DNA of 64,000 nt from an uncultured Alphaproteobacteria bacterium. GTDB lineage: Bacteria; Pseudomonadota; Alphaproteobacteria; Rhizobiales; Kaistiaceae. Position 1 is the stretch's first letter. Each line of letters begins with the position of its first letter. Of the stretch, positions 22,003-33,261 are shown one piece after another. Both the position numbers and the translations under genes were made by a program. The notes under the pieces are model-generated. The model saw only the letters and a list, made by a program, of their open reading frames with translations, did not search any database and had not been told where the DNA came from. Location: contig CAWEUQ010000008.1 in assembly GCA_963812275.1 (NCBI GenBank), positions 122,104 through 186,103 of the forward strand, in the 5' to 3' direction.

Positions 22003-23127
22003 TCAGACCATGACGGCGTCGAGCATGGCGCGATAGTCGGCGGCCGACGCCTCGCGGGGGTTGGTGGCGTGGCTGTGATCGGCGAGCGCCCGCTCGACTA
22101 CCCAGGGCAATACGTCCTCATTCAGCCCCAGCGTCTTCAGGCCGGCCGGAATGCCGATCCGGGCGTTCAGCGCCTCGCATTCGGCGGCGAGATCGGCGGT
22201 TTCGGCCAGGCCGATCGCCGCCTTGAGGCGGGCGAGCTTCTCGCCGCAGACCGGTGCGTTGAAGCGGATCACCGGCGGCAGCAGGATGGCGTTCAGCGTT
22301 CCGTGGTGGAGGTTCGGCTCCTTGAGGCCGCCAAGCGCATGCGACAAGGCATGGATGGCGCCGAGGCCCTTCTGGAAGGTCATTCCCCCCTCGAGCGCGC
22401 CCATCATCATCTCGGAGCGCACCGCGATGTCGCCGCCATTGGCGACCGCGGGTTCGATGTTCCGCCAGATGCGGCCGGCGCCGTCGAGCGCGATCGCCTC
22501 CGCCGGCGGGTTGAAGCGCGGCGAGAGCAGCGTTTCGACGCAATGGCTGAAGCCGTCGAGGCCGGTGGCCGCGGTCAGCCAGGCGGGAAGCCCCAGCGTC
22601 AGTTCGGGGTCGCAGATCGCCCGGCGGGGGATCAGATGCGGGCTGATGAAGCCGAGCTTGCGCCCGTCGTCGAGGGTGATCAGCGCCGCGCGACCGACTT
22701 CGGAGCCGGTGCCGGCCGTGGTCGGCACGGCGATCAGCGGAGAGACTGCCGCGATCCGCGCCACGCCGCCATAGATCGCGGCATATTCCTCCAGCGGCCC
22801 GGCATGAGTCGCCATCAGCGCGACGCCCTTGGCGAGGTCGATCGGCGAGCCGCCGCCGACGGCCAGCAGCCCGTCGCATCCCTCGCTCCGATAGACCTGC
22901 AGCGCGGCCTTCGCCGCGGCCTCGGTCGGATTGGTCGGCACGTCGAGGAAGACCGGCGAGCCTTCGGGGCAGAGAGCGGCGATCCGCCCGACCAGCCCGG
23001 TCTGTTCCAGCCCGCGATCGCTGACGATCAGGGGGCGGTCGATGGCGATCGCGTCCAGTTGCGCCGGCAGGGCCGCGAGGACGCCTGCGCCGAATTCGAT
23101 CGTGGTGAGATAACTGATGGTGGCCAA
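22003..23127 (-). CDS. Iron-containing alcohol dehydrogenase (4-hydroxybutyrate dehydrogenase-like)
   Basis: [32 protein letters not shown] motifs; TTG start at 23127 after GGAGAAG. Confidence 0.9.
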   Translation of the reverse strand: MATISYLTTIEFGAGVLAALPAQLDAIAIDRPLIVSDRGLEQTGLVGRIAALCPEGSPVFLDVPTNPTEAAAKAALQVYRSEGCDGLLAVGGGSPIDLAKGVALMATHAGPLEEYAAIYGGVARIAAVSPLIAVPTTAGTGSEVGRAALITLDDGRKLGFISPHLIPRRAICDPELTLGLPAWLTAATGLDGFSHCVETLLSPRFNPPAEAIALDGAGRIWRNIEPAVANGGDIAVRSEMMMGALEGGMTFQKGLGAIHALSHALGGLKEPNLHHGTLNAILLPPVIRFNAPVCGEKLARLKAAIGLAETADLAAECEALNARIGIPAGLKTLGLNEDVLPWVVERALADHSHATNPREASAADYRAMLDAVMV

Positions 23128-23310
23128 CGTCGCTTCTCCGACCCTTGATGCTGCGGGGAGCACACCTAGCGGCAAATCGCGGCCAGATAAACCGCCCGGG
23201 CGCCAGACCGGGACCCCGAAGCGTGTCGCGAGGTCAGTGACGGTGCGGGTGCCGGCGGCCGACGGCGATCGGCCGCCCCGCGACCGATTGGCCTCCGACC
23301 GCCAGTATCG

Positions 23311-23733
23311 TCAGCCTTCGGCCTTCAGTCCGACCGACTCGATGCCGGCAGTGGCCGCTGCCTCGTCGTTGTCCGAGGTGTCGCCCGACACCCCGACCGC
23401 GCCGATCACCGTGCCGTCCGCGTCCTTGACGAGGACGCCGCCGGCGACCGGGACAAGCGCGCCGACCGCGTGGGCAGCGCCGGCGAAGAAATGCGGACGA
23501 TCGACGGCCATCTCGCCAAGCTTTCGCGAACCGAGGTTGAAGGCGAGCGCGCCGGACGCCTTGCCGCGGGCGACCTCAAAGCGCTTGAGGCTGGTGCCGT
23601 CCTCGCTGGCGGCCGCAACCACCGCGGCGCGCGCATCGAGCACGACGACGCTGAGCGGCTTGAAATTCGCCTGCCGCGCATGGGCGAGAGCGACGGTGAT
23701 GATCGACTGGGCCGTCTGAAGCGTTAGGGGCAT
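23311..23733 (-). CDS. GlcG/HbpS family heme-binding protein
   Basis: VVVLDARA...ARGKA...GGV...IGAVGVSGDTSDND. Confidence 0.88.
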   Translation of the reverse strand: MPLTLQTAQSIITVALAHARQANFKPLSVVVLDARAAVVAAASEDGTSLKRFEVARGKASGALAFNLGSRKLGEMAVDRPHFFAGAAHAVGALVPVAGGVLVKDADGTVIGAVGVSGDTSDNDEAAATAGIESVGLKAEG

Positions 23734-23766
23734 TACTGTTCCTCTCGAAATGGCGGAGCGGCCGCG

Positions 23767-24276
23767 TTATCCGGCCGTCCCCTGGGCGATGGGCGGCTGG
23801 AACGCATAGCCCATGTCCCAGGGAAAATAGATCCAGGTGTCCTGGCTGACCTCGGTGATGAAGGTGTCGACCAGCGGCTGGCCGGCGGGCTTGGCATACA
23901 TGGTCGCATAATGGCACTTCGGCACCATCGACCGCACCAGCTTGGCGGTCTTGCCGGTGTCGACAAGATCGTCGATGACGAGGACCGCCGCGCCTTCCCC
24001 TTCGGCAAGGTCGACGAATTCCTGGCCGACCGGCTTCAGGACCTCAAGCCCGCCCTGCGCCTGGTAGTCGTGGTAGGAGGCGACACATACCGTCTCGATC
24101 AGCCGGATGCCGAGTTCGCGGGCGATGATCGCCGCCGGCACCAGCCCGCCGCGGGTGACGCAGACGATCGCCTGCCACGATCCCTTGTCGGAAAGACGCC
24201 AGGCCAGCGCCCGCGCATCGCGGTGAAACTGGTCCCAGGATACCGGAAATGCCTTGTCGGCCCTCGGATCGGCCAT
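23767..24276 (-). CDS. gpt: Xanthine phosphoribosyltransferase
   Basis: [48 protein letters not shown]. Confidence 0.93.
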   Translation of the reverse strand: MADPRADKAFPVSWDQFHRDARALAWRLSDKGSWQAIVCVTRGGLVPAAIIARELGIRLIETVCVASYHDYQAQGGLEVLKPVGQEFVDLAEGEGAAVLVIDDLVDTGKTAKLVRSMVPKCHYATMYAKPAGQPLVDTFITEVSQDTWIYFPWDMGYAFQPPIAQGTAG

Positions 24277-24367
24277 GTCCGCCCCTCTTTCGCTTTTTCG
24301 TCGGTCCGGACCATCGGCCGGCGGATGGACCATGCCAAGCCGCGCCGCCCCGGGTCCACAGGAAAAA

Positions 24368-25145
24368 TCAGGTGTCGACGAGCCGCCCGGTGCGTACCGC
24401 GACGAGCATTGCCAGCACCGCCGCCTCCGCCGCCGCCAGCCGGGCCTCGTCCCGGGACCGCAGGACCAGCGTCGTCGTGAAACCGACGCCTTCCTCGAAA
24501 CCGGGATAACTGCCCATCGAGACGTCCGGATAGTCCTTCTGGACCTGGCCGAGCGGCCCGGCAATGTCGCCTTCCTTCAGCCCGGCGGGAATCGACCGCG
24601 ACAGCATCTTCTTGCCGGTCGCGAGCCGCGGCGCCAGGGCGTCGAGCATCGCCTGCATGATCGTCGGCACGCCGGCCATGACATGGACGTTGCCGATGCG
24701 AAAAGCCCGGCGCCTTCGAGACGCTGTTCTCGATCAGATCGGCGCCTTCCGGGATCCGCGCCATGCGCAGCCGCGCCTCGTTGAGCTGGTCCTCCGGGAT
24801 GCGCTCGAGCAGCAGCGCCCGCGCCCGCGGATCGACGTCGATCGGCACGCCGAAGGCCCTGGCGACCGAGTTGGCGGTGATGTCGTCATGGGTCGGGCCG
24901 ATGCCGCCGGTGGTGAAGACGTGGGTATAGCGGTGGCGCAGCGCGTTGACCGCCGCGACGATATCCTCCTCGACGTCGGACACGACCCGGACTTCCCGGA
25001 CGTCGATGCCGATGTTGGTCAGATATTCGGCGATGTAGCCGATATTCTTGTCTTTCGTCCGCCCGGAGAGGATTTCGTCGCCGATGACCAGAATCGCGGC
25101 CGTGACGGGGACGTCCGCCTCCGGACTCTCAGGTGAAGAAGCCAT
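24368..25145 (-). CDS. Competence/damage-inducible (CinA-like) molybdopterin-binding protein (extra T near 24703)
   Basis: [22 protein letters not shown]; after correction [17 protein letters not shown] joins ORF 24368-24679. Confidence 0.87.
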
Positions 25146-25177
25146 GCAATGCCCTCGATGTCATTCTCGCCCGTCTC

Positions 25178-25191
25178 TTGAGGCAGCGCAA
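25178..25191 (+). promoter_or_regulatory. FixK/Fnr-type box upstream of hemN
   Basis: TTGA-GGCAGC-GCAA matches TTG(A/C)-N6-(T/G)CAA, 56 nt before the hemN ATG. Confidence 0.65.
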
Positions 25192-25246
25192 AGACGGAAC
25201 GGTCGATTGGTGGTGGATGGCAGGAAACAGCCAAAGGGACAAGGGG

Positions 25247-26600
25247 ATGCGATCCGACCTCATCGCCCGCTACGCCGACGAGCGGCTGCCGCGCTACACG
25301 AGCTACCCGACCGCCCCGCATTTCACGGCGGATATCGGCCCGGACGTCTATGGCGACTGGCTGGCAGCGCTGCCGGCTCATGCCGTGGGCTCGCTCTATG
25401 TCCACGTCCCCTTCTGTCGCCGCATGTGCTGGTATTGCGGCTGCAACACGGCCGTATCGCAGCGCGACGAGCCGATCGCCGCCTATATGGGATCGCTGAG
25501 CGACGAAATCGCCATGGTCAGCGCGCGGATCGGACGCCCGCTCGACGTGGCGCATCTCCATTTCGGCGGCGGCACGCCGACCATCGTCGGCCCTGACGAT
25601 TTTCGGCGGGTCATGGATACGATCCGCCAGGCCTTTGCCCTCCGCGACGACGCGGAAATCGCCATCGAGATCGACCCGCGGACCCTGACCGCCGCGATGG
25701 CTGAGGCGCTCGGCGCCGGCGGCGTCACCCGCGCCAGCCTCGGGGTGCAGACGCTCGATCCCGACGTGCAGGCGGCGATCAACCGCCGCCAGGGCTTCGA
25801 CCGGACCCGCGAGGCGATCGACCGGCTGCGGGCGGCGGGCATCGCCGCCATCAATATCGACCTGATCTATGGCCTGCCCCGTCAGACGCGTCGAATCCTG
25901 CATCGAGACCGCCGATGCGTGCCTTTCCCTGCGGCCGGATCGCTTCTCGGTCTTCGGTTATGCCCATGTCCCCGCCTTCAAGAAGCATCAGCGCAAGATC
26001 GACGACGCCGCCCTTCCCGGCGGCCGTGAGCGGAACGCCGCGGCCGAGGCCATCGCCCGGCGACTGGTCGAGGGTGGCTACCAGCGGATCGGCCTCGACC
26101 ATTTCGCCCGGCCGGAGGATGCGATGGCGGTCGCCGCCCGCCAGGGAGAGCTCCATCGCAACTTCCAGGGCTACACCACCGACCCGGCCGATGTGCTGAT
26201 CGGGCTCGGCGCCTCGGCGATCGGTCGCCTGCCGCAGGGCCACGTCCAGAACGTCACCGTCACCCGCGACTATCGCGCCGCCATCGCCGAAGGCCGCTTC
26301 GCAACCGCCAAGGGCTTCGCCCTCGGCGACGACGATCGCCTCCGCGCCGCGCTGATCGAGCGGCTGATGTGCGATTTCCGCGTCGACATGGAGGCCGTCT
26401 GCCGCGTCCACGGCGGCACTATGGCGGCCGTCGCCGACGCCTTCCCGGCGCTCGACCGGCTGGCCGTCGAAGGCGTCATCCGTCGCGACGGATCGCTGAT
26501 CGAAGTCGACCCGGAAGCGAGGACCCTGGTCCGCGCCGTTGCGGCGAGCTTCGACGCCTATCGGGACCACGCGACGCGGACCCACAGCCCGGCGCTCTGA
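25247..26600 (+). CDS. hemN: Oxygen-independent coproporphyrinogen III oxidase (frameshift near 25887)
   Basis: [20 protein letters not shown] radical-SAM motif, [22 protein letters not shown]. Confidence 0.93.
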
Positions 26601-26716
26601 GGCGCTCGGCCCGGACTCTTTCCAGTTCGCGCCGAACTCTGAATACTACCTGTCCGAATCCCGGGCCGGATCGCCCGGAAACCGCCACTGGTCCCGGAGG
26701 AGAAGGGTCCGCCGCG

Positions 26717-27427
26717 ATGCGATTCCCCTCCCCGCTGATCGAGGCCCGGCTCATCCGCCGCTACAAGCGCTTCCTCGCCGATGTCGAGCTTGCCAATGGT
26801 GAGATCGTCACGATCCATTGCGCCAATCCCGGAGCGATGACCGGGCTGGTCGAGCCCGGCATGCGCGTCCACCTTTCCCGCTCGGCGAACCTCAAGCGCA
26901 AGCTGCCGTTGTCATGGGAAATGGTCGAGGCCGACGGCGGTCTGGTCGGCATCAACACCGCACACCCCAACCGGCTTGCCGAGGAAGCCATCGCCGCCGG
27001 TGCGATTCCCGAACTCGCCGGCTATTCCGGCATGAGGCGCGAAGTCCGCTACGGACGGAATTCGCGGATCGATATCCTGCTGACCGGGCCCGACCGGCCC
27101 GATACCTATGTCGAGGTCAAGAACGTCCATTTCCTGCGGCGGCCGGGCCTCGCCGAGTTCCCGGACTCGGTGACGGCGCGCGGCGCGAAGCACCTGGCCG
27201 AGCTGTCGGACGCCGTCGCCGCCGGCCATCGCGCCGTCATGCTCTTCGTGGTCCAGCGAAGCGATGCCGAACGCCTCGCCATCGCCGGCGATGTCGATCC
27301 GGCCTATGGCGCGGCTTTCGATCTGGCGCTGGCGGCCGGTGTCGAGATGCTCGCCTATGGATGCAGGCTGTCGGTCGACGAAATCGTGATCGCCGGCGCC
27401 ATTCCCGTTGTCGGCCAGCCGGCCTAA
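26717..27427 (+). CDS. sfsA: DNA/RNA nuclease SfsA
   Basis: [21 protein letters not shown]...[20 protein letters not shown]. Confidence 0.95.
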   Translation: MRFPSPLIEARLIRRYKRFLADVELANGEIVTIHCANPGAMTGLVEPGMRVHLSRSANLKRKLPLSWEMVEADGGLVGINTAHPNRLAEEAIAAGAIPELAGYSGMRREVRYGRNSRIDILLTGPDRPDTYVEVKNVHFLRRPGLAEFPDSVTARGAKHLAELSDAVAAGHRAVMLFVVQRSDAERLAIAGDVDPAYGAAFDLALAAGVEMLAYGCRLSVDEIVIAGAIPVVGQPA

Positions 27428-27501
27428 CGGCCTTGTATCGGACCGCCAAAGTCGTCATATCCTCGCAGGCGGGACGCACCTGATACTCATGCGAGCAGGC
27501 A

Positions 27502-28332
27502 ATGGTGAACTATGTCGAAGCGGCACTGGTGCCGCAGAAAAATGACGGAACGATCAAGCTTCATGGCCCGGAGGCCTTCGAGGGCATGCGGCGGGCCGGC
27601 CGGCTGGTTGCCGAATGCCTCGACGAGGTCGGCGCGCTGATCCGCCCGGGTCTGCCGACCCAGGCGATCGACGACTTCGTCTACCAGTTCGCTCTCGACC
27701 ACAATGCGCTCCCCGCCACGCTTGGCTACAAGGGCTACACCAAGTCGACCTGCACATCGGTCAACCATGTCGTCTGCCACGGCATCCCGGGCGACAAGCC
27801 GCTTCGCGACGGCGACATCGTCAATATCGATGTGACGCTGATCGTCGACGGCTGGCACGGCAACTCGAGCCGCATGTACATGGTCGGCAACGTCAAGCGC
27901 GCGGCCGAGCGGCTGGTCGACGTCACCTACGAAGCGATGATGCGCGGCATCGAGGTCATCCGGCCGGGCCGCACCACCGGCGATATCGGCCACGCGATTC
28001 AGGAATATGCCGAAGGCGAGCGCTGCGGCGTCGTCCGCGACTTCTGCGGTCACGGCGTCGGACAGTTGTTCCACGACGTCCCGAACATCCTCCATTACGG
28101 CAGTCCCGGCGAGGGCGTCCCGTTGAAAACCGGCATGATCTTCACCGTCGAGCCGATGATCAATCTCGGCCGGCCGCAGGTGAAGGTCCTTTCGGACGGC
28201 TGGACGGCGGTGACCCGCGACCGTTCGCTTTCCGCCCAGTTCGAGCATTCGGTCGGCGTCACCGACACCGGCTACGAGATTTTCACCCTGTCGCCGAAGG
28301 GGCTCTTCCCTCCGCGCAGCAACGGGGCATGA
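27502..28332 (+). CDS. map: Type I methionine aminopeptidase
   Basis: CHGIP, VNIDVT, CGHGVG, FTVEPMIN, SAQFEHS. Confidence 0.97.
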   Translation: MVNYVEAALVPQKNDGTIKLHGPEAFEGMRRAGRLVAECLDEVGALIRPGLPTQAIDDFVYQFALDHNALPATLGYKGYTKSTCTSVNHVVCHGIPGDKPLRDGDIVNIDVTLIVDGWHGNSSRMYMVGNVKRAAERLVDVTYEAMMRGIEVIRPGRTTGDIGHAIQEYAEGERCGVVRDFCGHGVGQLFHDVPNILHYGSPGEGVPLKTGMIFTVEPMINLGRPQVKVLSDGWTAVTRDRSLSAQFEHSVGVTDTGYEIFTLSPKGLFPPRSNGA

Positions 28333-29031
28333 CGGGATTTCGCGAAAAGGGCGGGGATATTCCCCACTATCTCGAACATCGTGAGCGCGTGCGCGAGCGC
28401 TTCAACGAAATCGGCGGCGAAAGCCTGCGCGACTATGAATTGCTCGAGCTGATCCTTTTCCAGGCCATTCCCCGCGTCGATACCAAGCCGATCGCAAAGG
28501 CCCTGCTCGCCCGATTCGGCAGCTTCGCCGAGGTGCTGGCCGCGCCCGCGGCGCGGCTGGTCGAGGTCAAGGGCGTCGGCGATCGAGCCGCCCACCATCT
28601 CAAGGTCACCTACGCCGCCACCCAGCGCTTCCTCAAGGATCCGGTCCGCAAGGGCGCGCTGCTCGAACTCGTGGTCGGCGGTCGTCGACTATTGTCGGGC
28701 GGCGATGGGTTTTGAGCCGATCGAGCAGTTTCGCGTCCTGTTCCTCGACAAGCGCAACGTCCTGATCGCCGACGAGGTCCAGCAGAGCGGCACCGTCGAC
28801 CACACCCCGGTCTATCCGCGCGAAGTGGTCAAGCGGGCGCTGGAGCTCTCGGCGACGGCGATCATCCTCGTCCACAACCACCCCTCCGGCGACCCGACGC
28901 CGTCGCGCGCCGATATCAGCATGACCAAGTCGGTCATCGACATCGCCAAGCCGCTCGGAATTGCCGTCCACGATCACATCATCGTCGGCAAGAGCCAGCA
29001 CGTCAGCTTCCGTGCTCTGAAGCTGATCTGA
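28329..29031 (+). CDS. radC: RadC family JAB-domain protein (frameshift near 28667)
   Basis: [49 protein letters not shown]. Confidence 0.92.
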
Positions 29032-29169
29032 GCGATCGGCCCGGAAGGCGGCAAAGGCGAAGATTCGTCTATACTGTCCCTAAATCGCCGGCGGCCAACC
29101 CGCCGGAATCGATGTAGCGCGATCGGGACGGGATGCATGGCGGCTAAAAGAACCAAACGGGGGGCGACG

Positions 29170-30985
29170 ATGTCGAAGCCGCTGGAAGACTATGGCCTGA
29201 TCGGCAACATGATCTCGGCCGCGCTGGTCGGCCTCGACGGATCGATCGACTGGCTGTGCCTGCCGCGCTTCGATTCGCCGGCGTGTTTCGCCGCGCTTCT
29301 CGGCACCCCGGACAACGGGCGATGGCTGATCTCCCCCCGCGACAAGGTCGAGAAGACCAGCCAGCGCTACCTGCCGGGGACCGCCGTCCTCGAGACCCGC
29401 CTGGAGACGGCGACCGGCGCGGTCACCATCACCGACTTCATGCCCCTCTCCGAGGACGAGGAAAAAGTCGATCTGGTTCGCATCGTGCGGGGCGACCGCG
29501 GCGAAGTCGCGATGTCGATGGAACTGGTGCTTCGCTTCAACTACGGCGAGGTCCTGCCATGGGTCACGCGGCGCGATTACGGTCTCAGCGCCGTCGCCGG
29601 GCCCGACGCGATCGAACTTCATACGCCGGTGAAGCTCGAGGGACGCGATCTGAAGACCTTCGCCAGCTTCAAATTGCGCGAAGGCGAGACGGTGCCGTTC
29701 ACCTTGTCCTACCATCCCTCCCACAAACCGCCGCACTTCGTCCCCGACCGGCATGAGAGTCTCGATCGGACGGTGAGCTGGTGGACCGAATGGGTCGGGC
29801 GCTGCACCTTCACGACCCGCCGGCCCAAATGGCACGAAGCGGTGACCCGCTCGCTGATCACCCTCAAGCTGCTCACCTATCAGCCGACCGGCGGCATCGT
29901 CGCGGCGCCGACCACCTCGTTGCCCGAGGCAATCGGCGGCTCCCGCAACTGGGACTACCGCTTCTGCTGGCTCCGCAACTCCGCCCTCACTCTCTACGCC
30001 CTGGTCAATTCCGGCTACCGGGCCGAGGCCGAGGCATGGCGGCAGTGGGTGCGCCGCGCCACCGCCGGCCATCCGAAGCAGCTCCAGATCATGTACGGCA
30101 TATCCGGCGAGCGCTGGCTGCCGGAAATGGAGGTGCCCTGGCTTCCAGGCTACGAGAACAGCCTGCCGGTGCGGGTCGGCAATGCCGCCGCCGATCAGGT
30201 CCAGCTCGACATCTATGGCGAGATCGCCGAGACGCTCTACATCGCCCGCCAGATCGGGCTCGGCCCGATGGACAAGAACTACGAATTCCAGACGCTGGTG
30301 CTCGAATATCTCGAGTCGATCTGGCAGACGACCGATCATGGCATCTGGGAAATGCGCGGGCCGCCGCGCGCCTTCACCCATTCGCGGATCATGTGCTGGG
30401 TCGCTTTCGACCGGGCGGTGAAGATCGCCGAAAAATTCGGCATCCGCGCCCCGATCGACCATTGGGCCAGCGTACGCGACACGATCCACGCGGAGGTCTG
30501 TGCCAACGGCTTCGACGAGGAGCGAAACACCTTCACCCAGTATTACGGCGGCAAGACCCTCGACGCGAGCCTGTTGATGATCCCGCAGGTCGGCTTCCTG
30601 CCGCCGGACGATCCCGCGGATTGCGGGCACGATCAAGGCGATCGAGGAAGACCTGCTGAGCGGCGGTTTCGTCATGCGCTACGCCACCGACGCGGTCGAC
30701 GACGGCGTCGGCGGTGACGAGGGCGCTTTCCTCGCCTGCAGCTTCTGGCTGGCCGACGCCTATGTCCTCGTCGGCCGGCACGACGACGCGGTCGAACTGT
30801 TCGAGCGGCTGCTGTCGCTGCGCAACCATCTCGGCCTGCTCGCCGAGGAATATGATCCGATCCGCAAGCGGCTGGTCGGCAACTTCCCGCAGGCGCTCTC
30901 CCATCTCGGCCTGATCAACACCGCCCACAATCTGGCGAGCCGGAAACGCCCGGCCGAGCAGCGCGCCGACGGTGATGATGAATAG
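29170..30985 (+). CDS. Glycoside hydrolase family 15 (glucoamylase/trehalase-like) (frameshift near 30616)
   Basis: LEDYGLIGN, WLCLPRFDSP, AAPTTSLPE...RNWDYRFCWLR, GIWEMRG, GLLAEEYD, NFPQALSH. Confidence 0.92.
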
Positions 30986-31024
30986 CCGCAACGACGCCGG
31001 AACAGCGGCGCAAGCCGGGCGGAA

Positions 31025-33064
31025 CTAAGCCGACTTGGTTTCTGACGCCGGCGCCTCGTCGCCGTCTTCCAGCCAGCGCAGGTCTTCCGGCGTCAGCGTG
31101 ATATCGAGCGCTTCCAGCGAGTCCTCGAGTTCGCCCGGCGCCAGCGGGCCGATCAGCGGCAGCACCGGAAACGCCTGGAACAGGCAGTAGGCGAGAGCGA
31201 TGTGGAGCGGGCTCTTGCCCATCCGCTGGCCGAGTTCGATCGCCCGCGATCGCCGGGCGAAATTCGTTTCGCTGTACCAGCCGTTGACCAGCTCCGCGTC
31301 ATCCAGCTTGTCGGGATCGGCGCGGTCGGTGAAGAAACCCCGCGCCTGGCTCGACCACGCGAATTCCGGAATCTGGCGCGCCTTGAGCCACGCCTTCCAG
31401 TCGTCGTCTGAGGCCGAGAGCGTCCCCTTCCAGACCGGATTGACCATTTCGGCAAGGGAGAAATTGTTCGACAGCGCGCTCGGCGGCCGGCGATCGTTGC
31501 GCTCCGCATAGGCAATCGCCGCGTCCATCCGCTCCCGCGTCCAGTTCGAGCCGCCGTAGTGGCGGACGCGGCCGGCATCGATCTCGTGATTCATCGCATC
31601 GACGAATTCCCCGACCGGAACCTCGCGATTGTCGCGGTGCATGAAATAGATGTCGACATGGTCGGTCTGCAGACGATCGAGGGATTCGGTCAGCTGGCGG
31701 CCGATGACGTCGGGATAGGTCAGCGGGGCATTGGCCCCCTTGCCGATCAGGATGATGTCGTCGCGCACGCCGCGGGCCGCCATCCATGCCCCGAGAAGTT
31801 CGTCGCAGAGACCCCGGCCATAGATCCAGGCGCTGTCGAGGACGTTGCCGCCGCGCTCGAAATAGGCGTCGCAGATGATTGCGGCCTGGGTGAAGGAGGA
31901 AAAGTTGCCGCCGCCAAGCGCGATCAGCGACGCCTCCCGGTCGATGCCCGGCAGCTTGCGGCGTCGCATGGGGTTCTTCGATTTGACCAGGGGCCGGCCG
32001 TCGATCTTGCCGGCGCTGCGCGGTTGCCGCTCGAAGCCATAGACGAGGCCGACATCGGCCCGCCAGGCGTCGAGCACCTTCATGTTGCCGAGAGTGTCGG
32101 CCCATGTCGGGCCGGGCGGCGCGAATTCGGTCCGCTCCTCGCGGATCGCCTGCCCCGCAGCATCGATTTCGAAGGTGTAGAGCGGCCGCTTCTCCGCCAC
32201 GGTCACCGTTTCCGTCTTGCCGTCGGGACGGTGGATGAGGATCTCCGTGATGCCGCCTTCCCTGCCGGTGCAGAACCAGGGCGAGGCAATCTCCATCCAG
32301 CCGGTGGTGCCAAATATCCTGAGGACATTGTCCTGCGCCACCGAGATGCTTCCCGAGACCTCGGCGATGACATCGCCGGGGAAGCGGAGCAGCGCCGAGG
32401 CCCATTCGTCGACCCCGGTCTCGCCGAGATGGCCAAAGCCGCTGACGGCGACCGGATCGAGGAAGGCCTCACCGACCGCGGCACCGGCGATCAGCCGAGC
32501 GGCGGCGACCGGGTAGCAGGCGATATCGAGAATGCCGCCACCTGCCGCCTCGTTTGCAAACAGACGGTGATCCGGCTTCGGTTCGGCGACGTTGATCCCG
32601 AAGCTCGACTTGATGATCCGGACCTCGCCGATCGTGCCTGAGCCGATCATCTCGACGAGTCTGGCGGTGAGTGGATGAAGCCGGTTCATGAACGCTTCGC
32701 CGAGAAACGTGCCGGCTTTTCGGGCAGCACCGATGATTGCTTCGGCTTCCGCGGCGGAAACCGCCATCGGCTTTTCGCACAGCACATGCTTGCCGGCTTC
32801 GGCCGCCCTGATCGCCCATTCCGCGTGATAGCGGTGCGGCGTGGCGATGTAGACCGCCTCGATTTCCGGGTCGGAGAGCAGCGCCTGGCAGCCGTCGAGA
32901 ATCCGCGCCCCGGGGAACCATTTCGACAGTCCCGGCTTGTCCGGGTTGCGGGTTGCGATCGCCGCCAGCCTTCCGGTCGCGGATTTCGGCAAGGCCGCGG
33001 CAAATCGCCGGGCGATCGTGCCGGGGCCGATGATTCCCCAGGCTACGGAAGCGTCGTCATTCAT
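31025..33064 (-). CDS. Gfo/Idh/MocA oxidoreductase fused to an aldo/keto reductase
   Basis: WGIIGPGTIA, HVLCEKP, GGGILD N-terminal domain; DSAWIYG, DRLQTDHVDIYFMHRD, GGSNW C-terminal domain. Confidence 0.9.
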   Translation of the reverse strand: MNDDASVAWGIIGPGTIARRFAAALPKSATGRLAAIATRNPDKPGLSKWFPGARILDGCQALLSDPEIEAVYIATPHRYHAEWAIRAAEAGKHVLCEKPMAVSAAEAEAIIGAARKAGTFLGEAFMNRLHPLTARLVEMIGSGTIGEVRIIKSSFGINVAEPKPDHRLFANEAAGGGILDIACYPVAAARLIAGAAVGEAFLDPVAVSGFGHLGETGVDEWASALLRFPGDVIAEVSGSISVAQDNVLRIFGTTGWMEIASPWFCTGREGGITEILIHRPDGKTETVTVAEKRPLYTFEIDAAGQAIREERTEFAPPGPTWADTLGNMKVLDAWRADVGLVYGFERQPRSAGKIDGRPLVKSKNPMRRRKLPGIDREASLIALGGGNFSSFTQAAIICDAYFERGGNVLDSAWIYGRGLCDELLGAWMAARGVRDDIILIGKGANAPLTYPDVIGRQLTESLDRLQTDHVDIYFMHRDNREVPVGEFVDAMNHEIDAGRVRHYGGSNWTRERMDAAIAYAERNDRRPPSALSNNFSLAEMVNPVWKGTLSASDDDWKAWLKARQIPEFAWSSQARGFFTDRADPDKLDDAELVNGWYSETNFARRSRAIELGQRMGKSPLHIALAYCLFQAFPVLPLIGPLAPGELEDSLEALDITLTPEDLRWLEDGDEAPASETKSA

Positions 33065-33164
33065 CAGTCCTCGGTCCCTGGAAGGCATGGGCGGGTGTTG
33101 CCGGAAGCGGCCGGAAGCCTAGTCTTAAAAGGCGGCGGCGTACAAACCGGCGCGACCATCGGGC

Positions 33165-33180
33165 TGGCGCTGTTTTTGCA
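33165..33180 (+). promoter_or_regulatory. Sigma54 (-24/-12) promoter of the ATP-grasp operon
   Basis: TGGCGC-TGTTT-TTGCA with exact GG-N10-GC spacing, ~80 nt upstream of the ATG at 33262. Confidence 0.7.
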
Positions 33181-33261
33181 TTGACTTGCGGCAGGGCCCG
33201 TAAATTGGGTTAGGATGGGCAGGGCCGGCGGCGACGAACCGCTAACGACAGAAAAGGGACC

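Noticed and set aside
28329-29031. radC as a marker of a mobile element
   Set aside because: It is the full-length form next to map in a core-like context, not the short JAB-only form typical of ICEs.
24368-30985. Programmed ribosomal frameshifting in cinA-like, hemN, radC and GH15
   Set aside because: No slippery heptamer plus structure pattern; these families are normally single ORFs; the same defect occurs window-wide.
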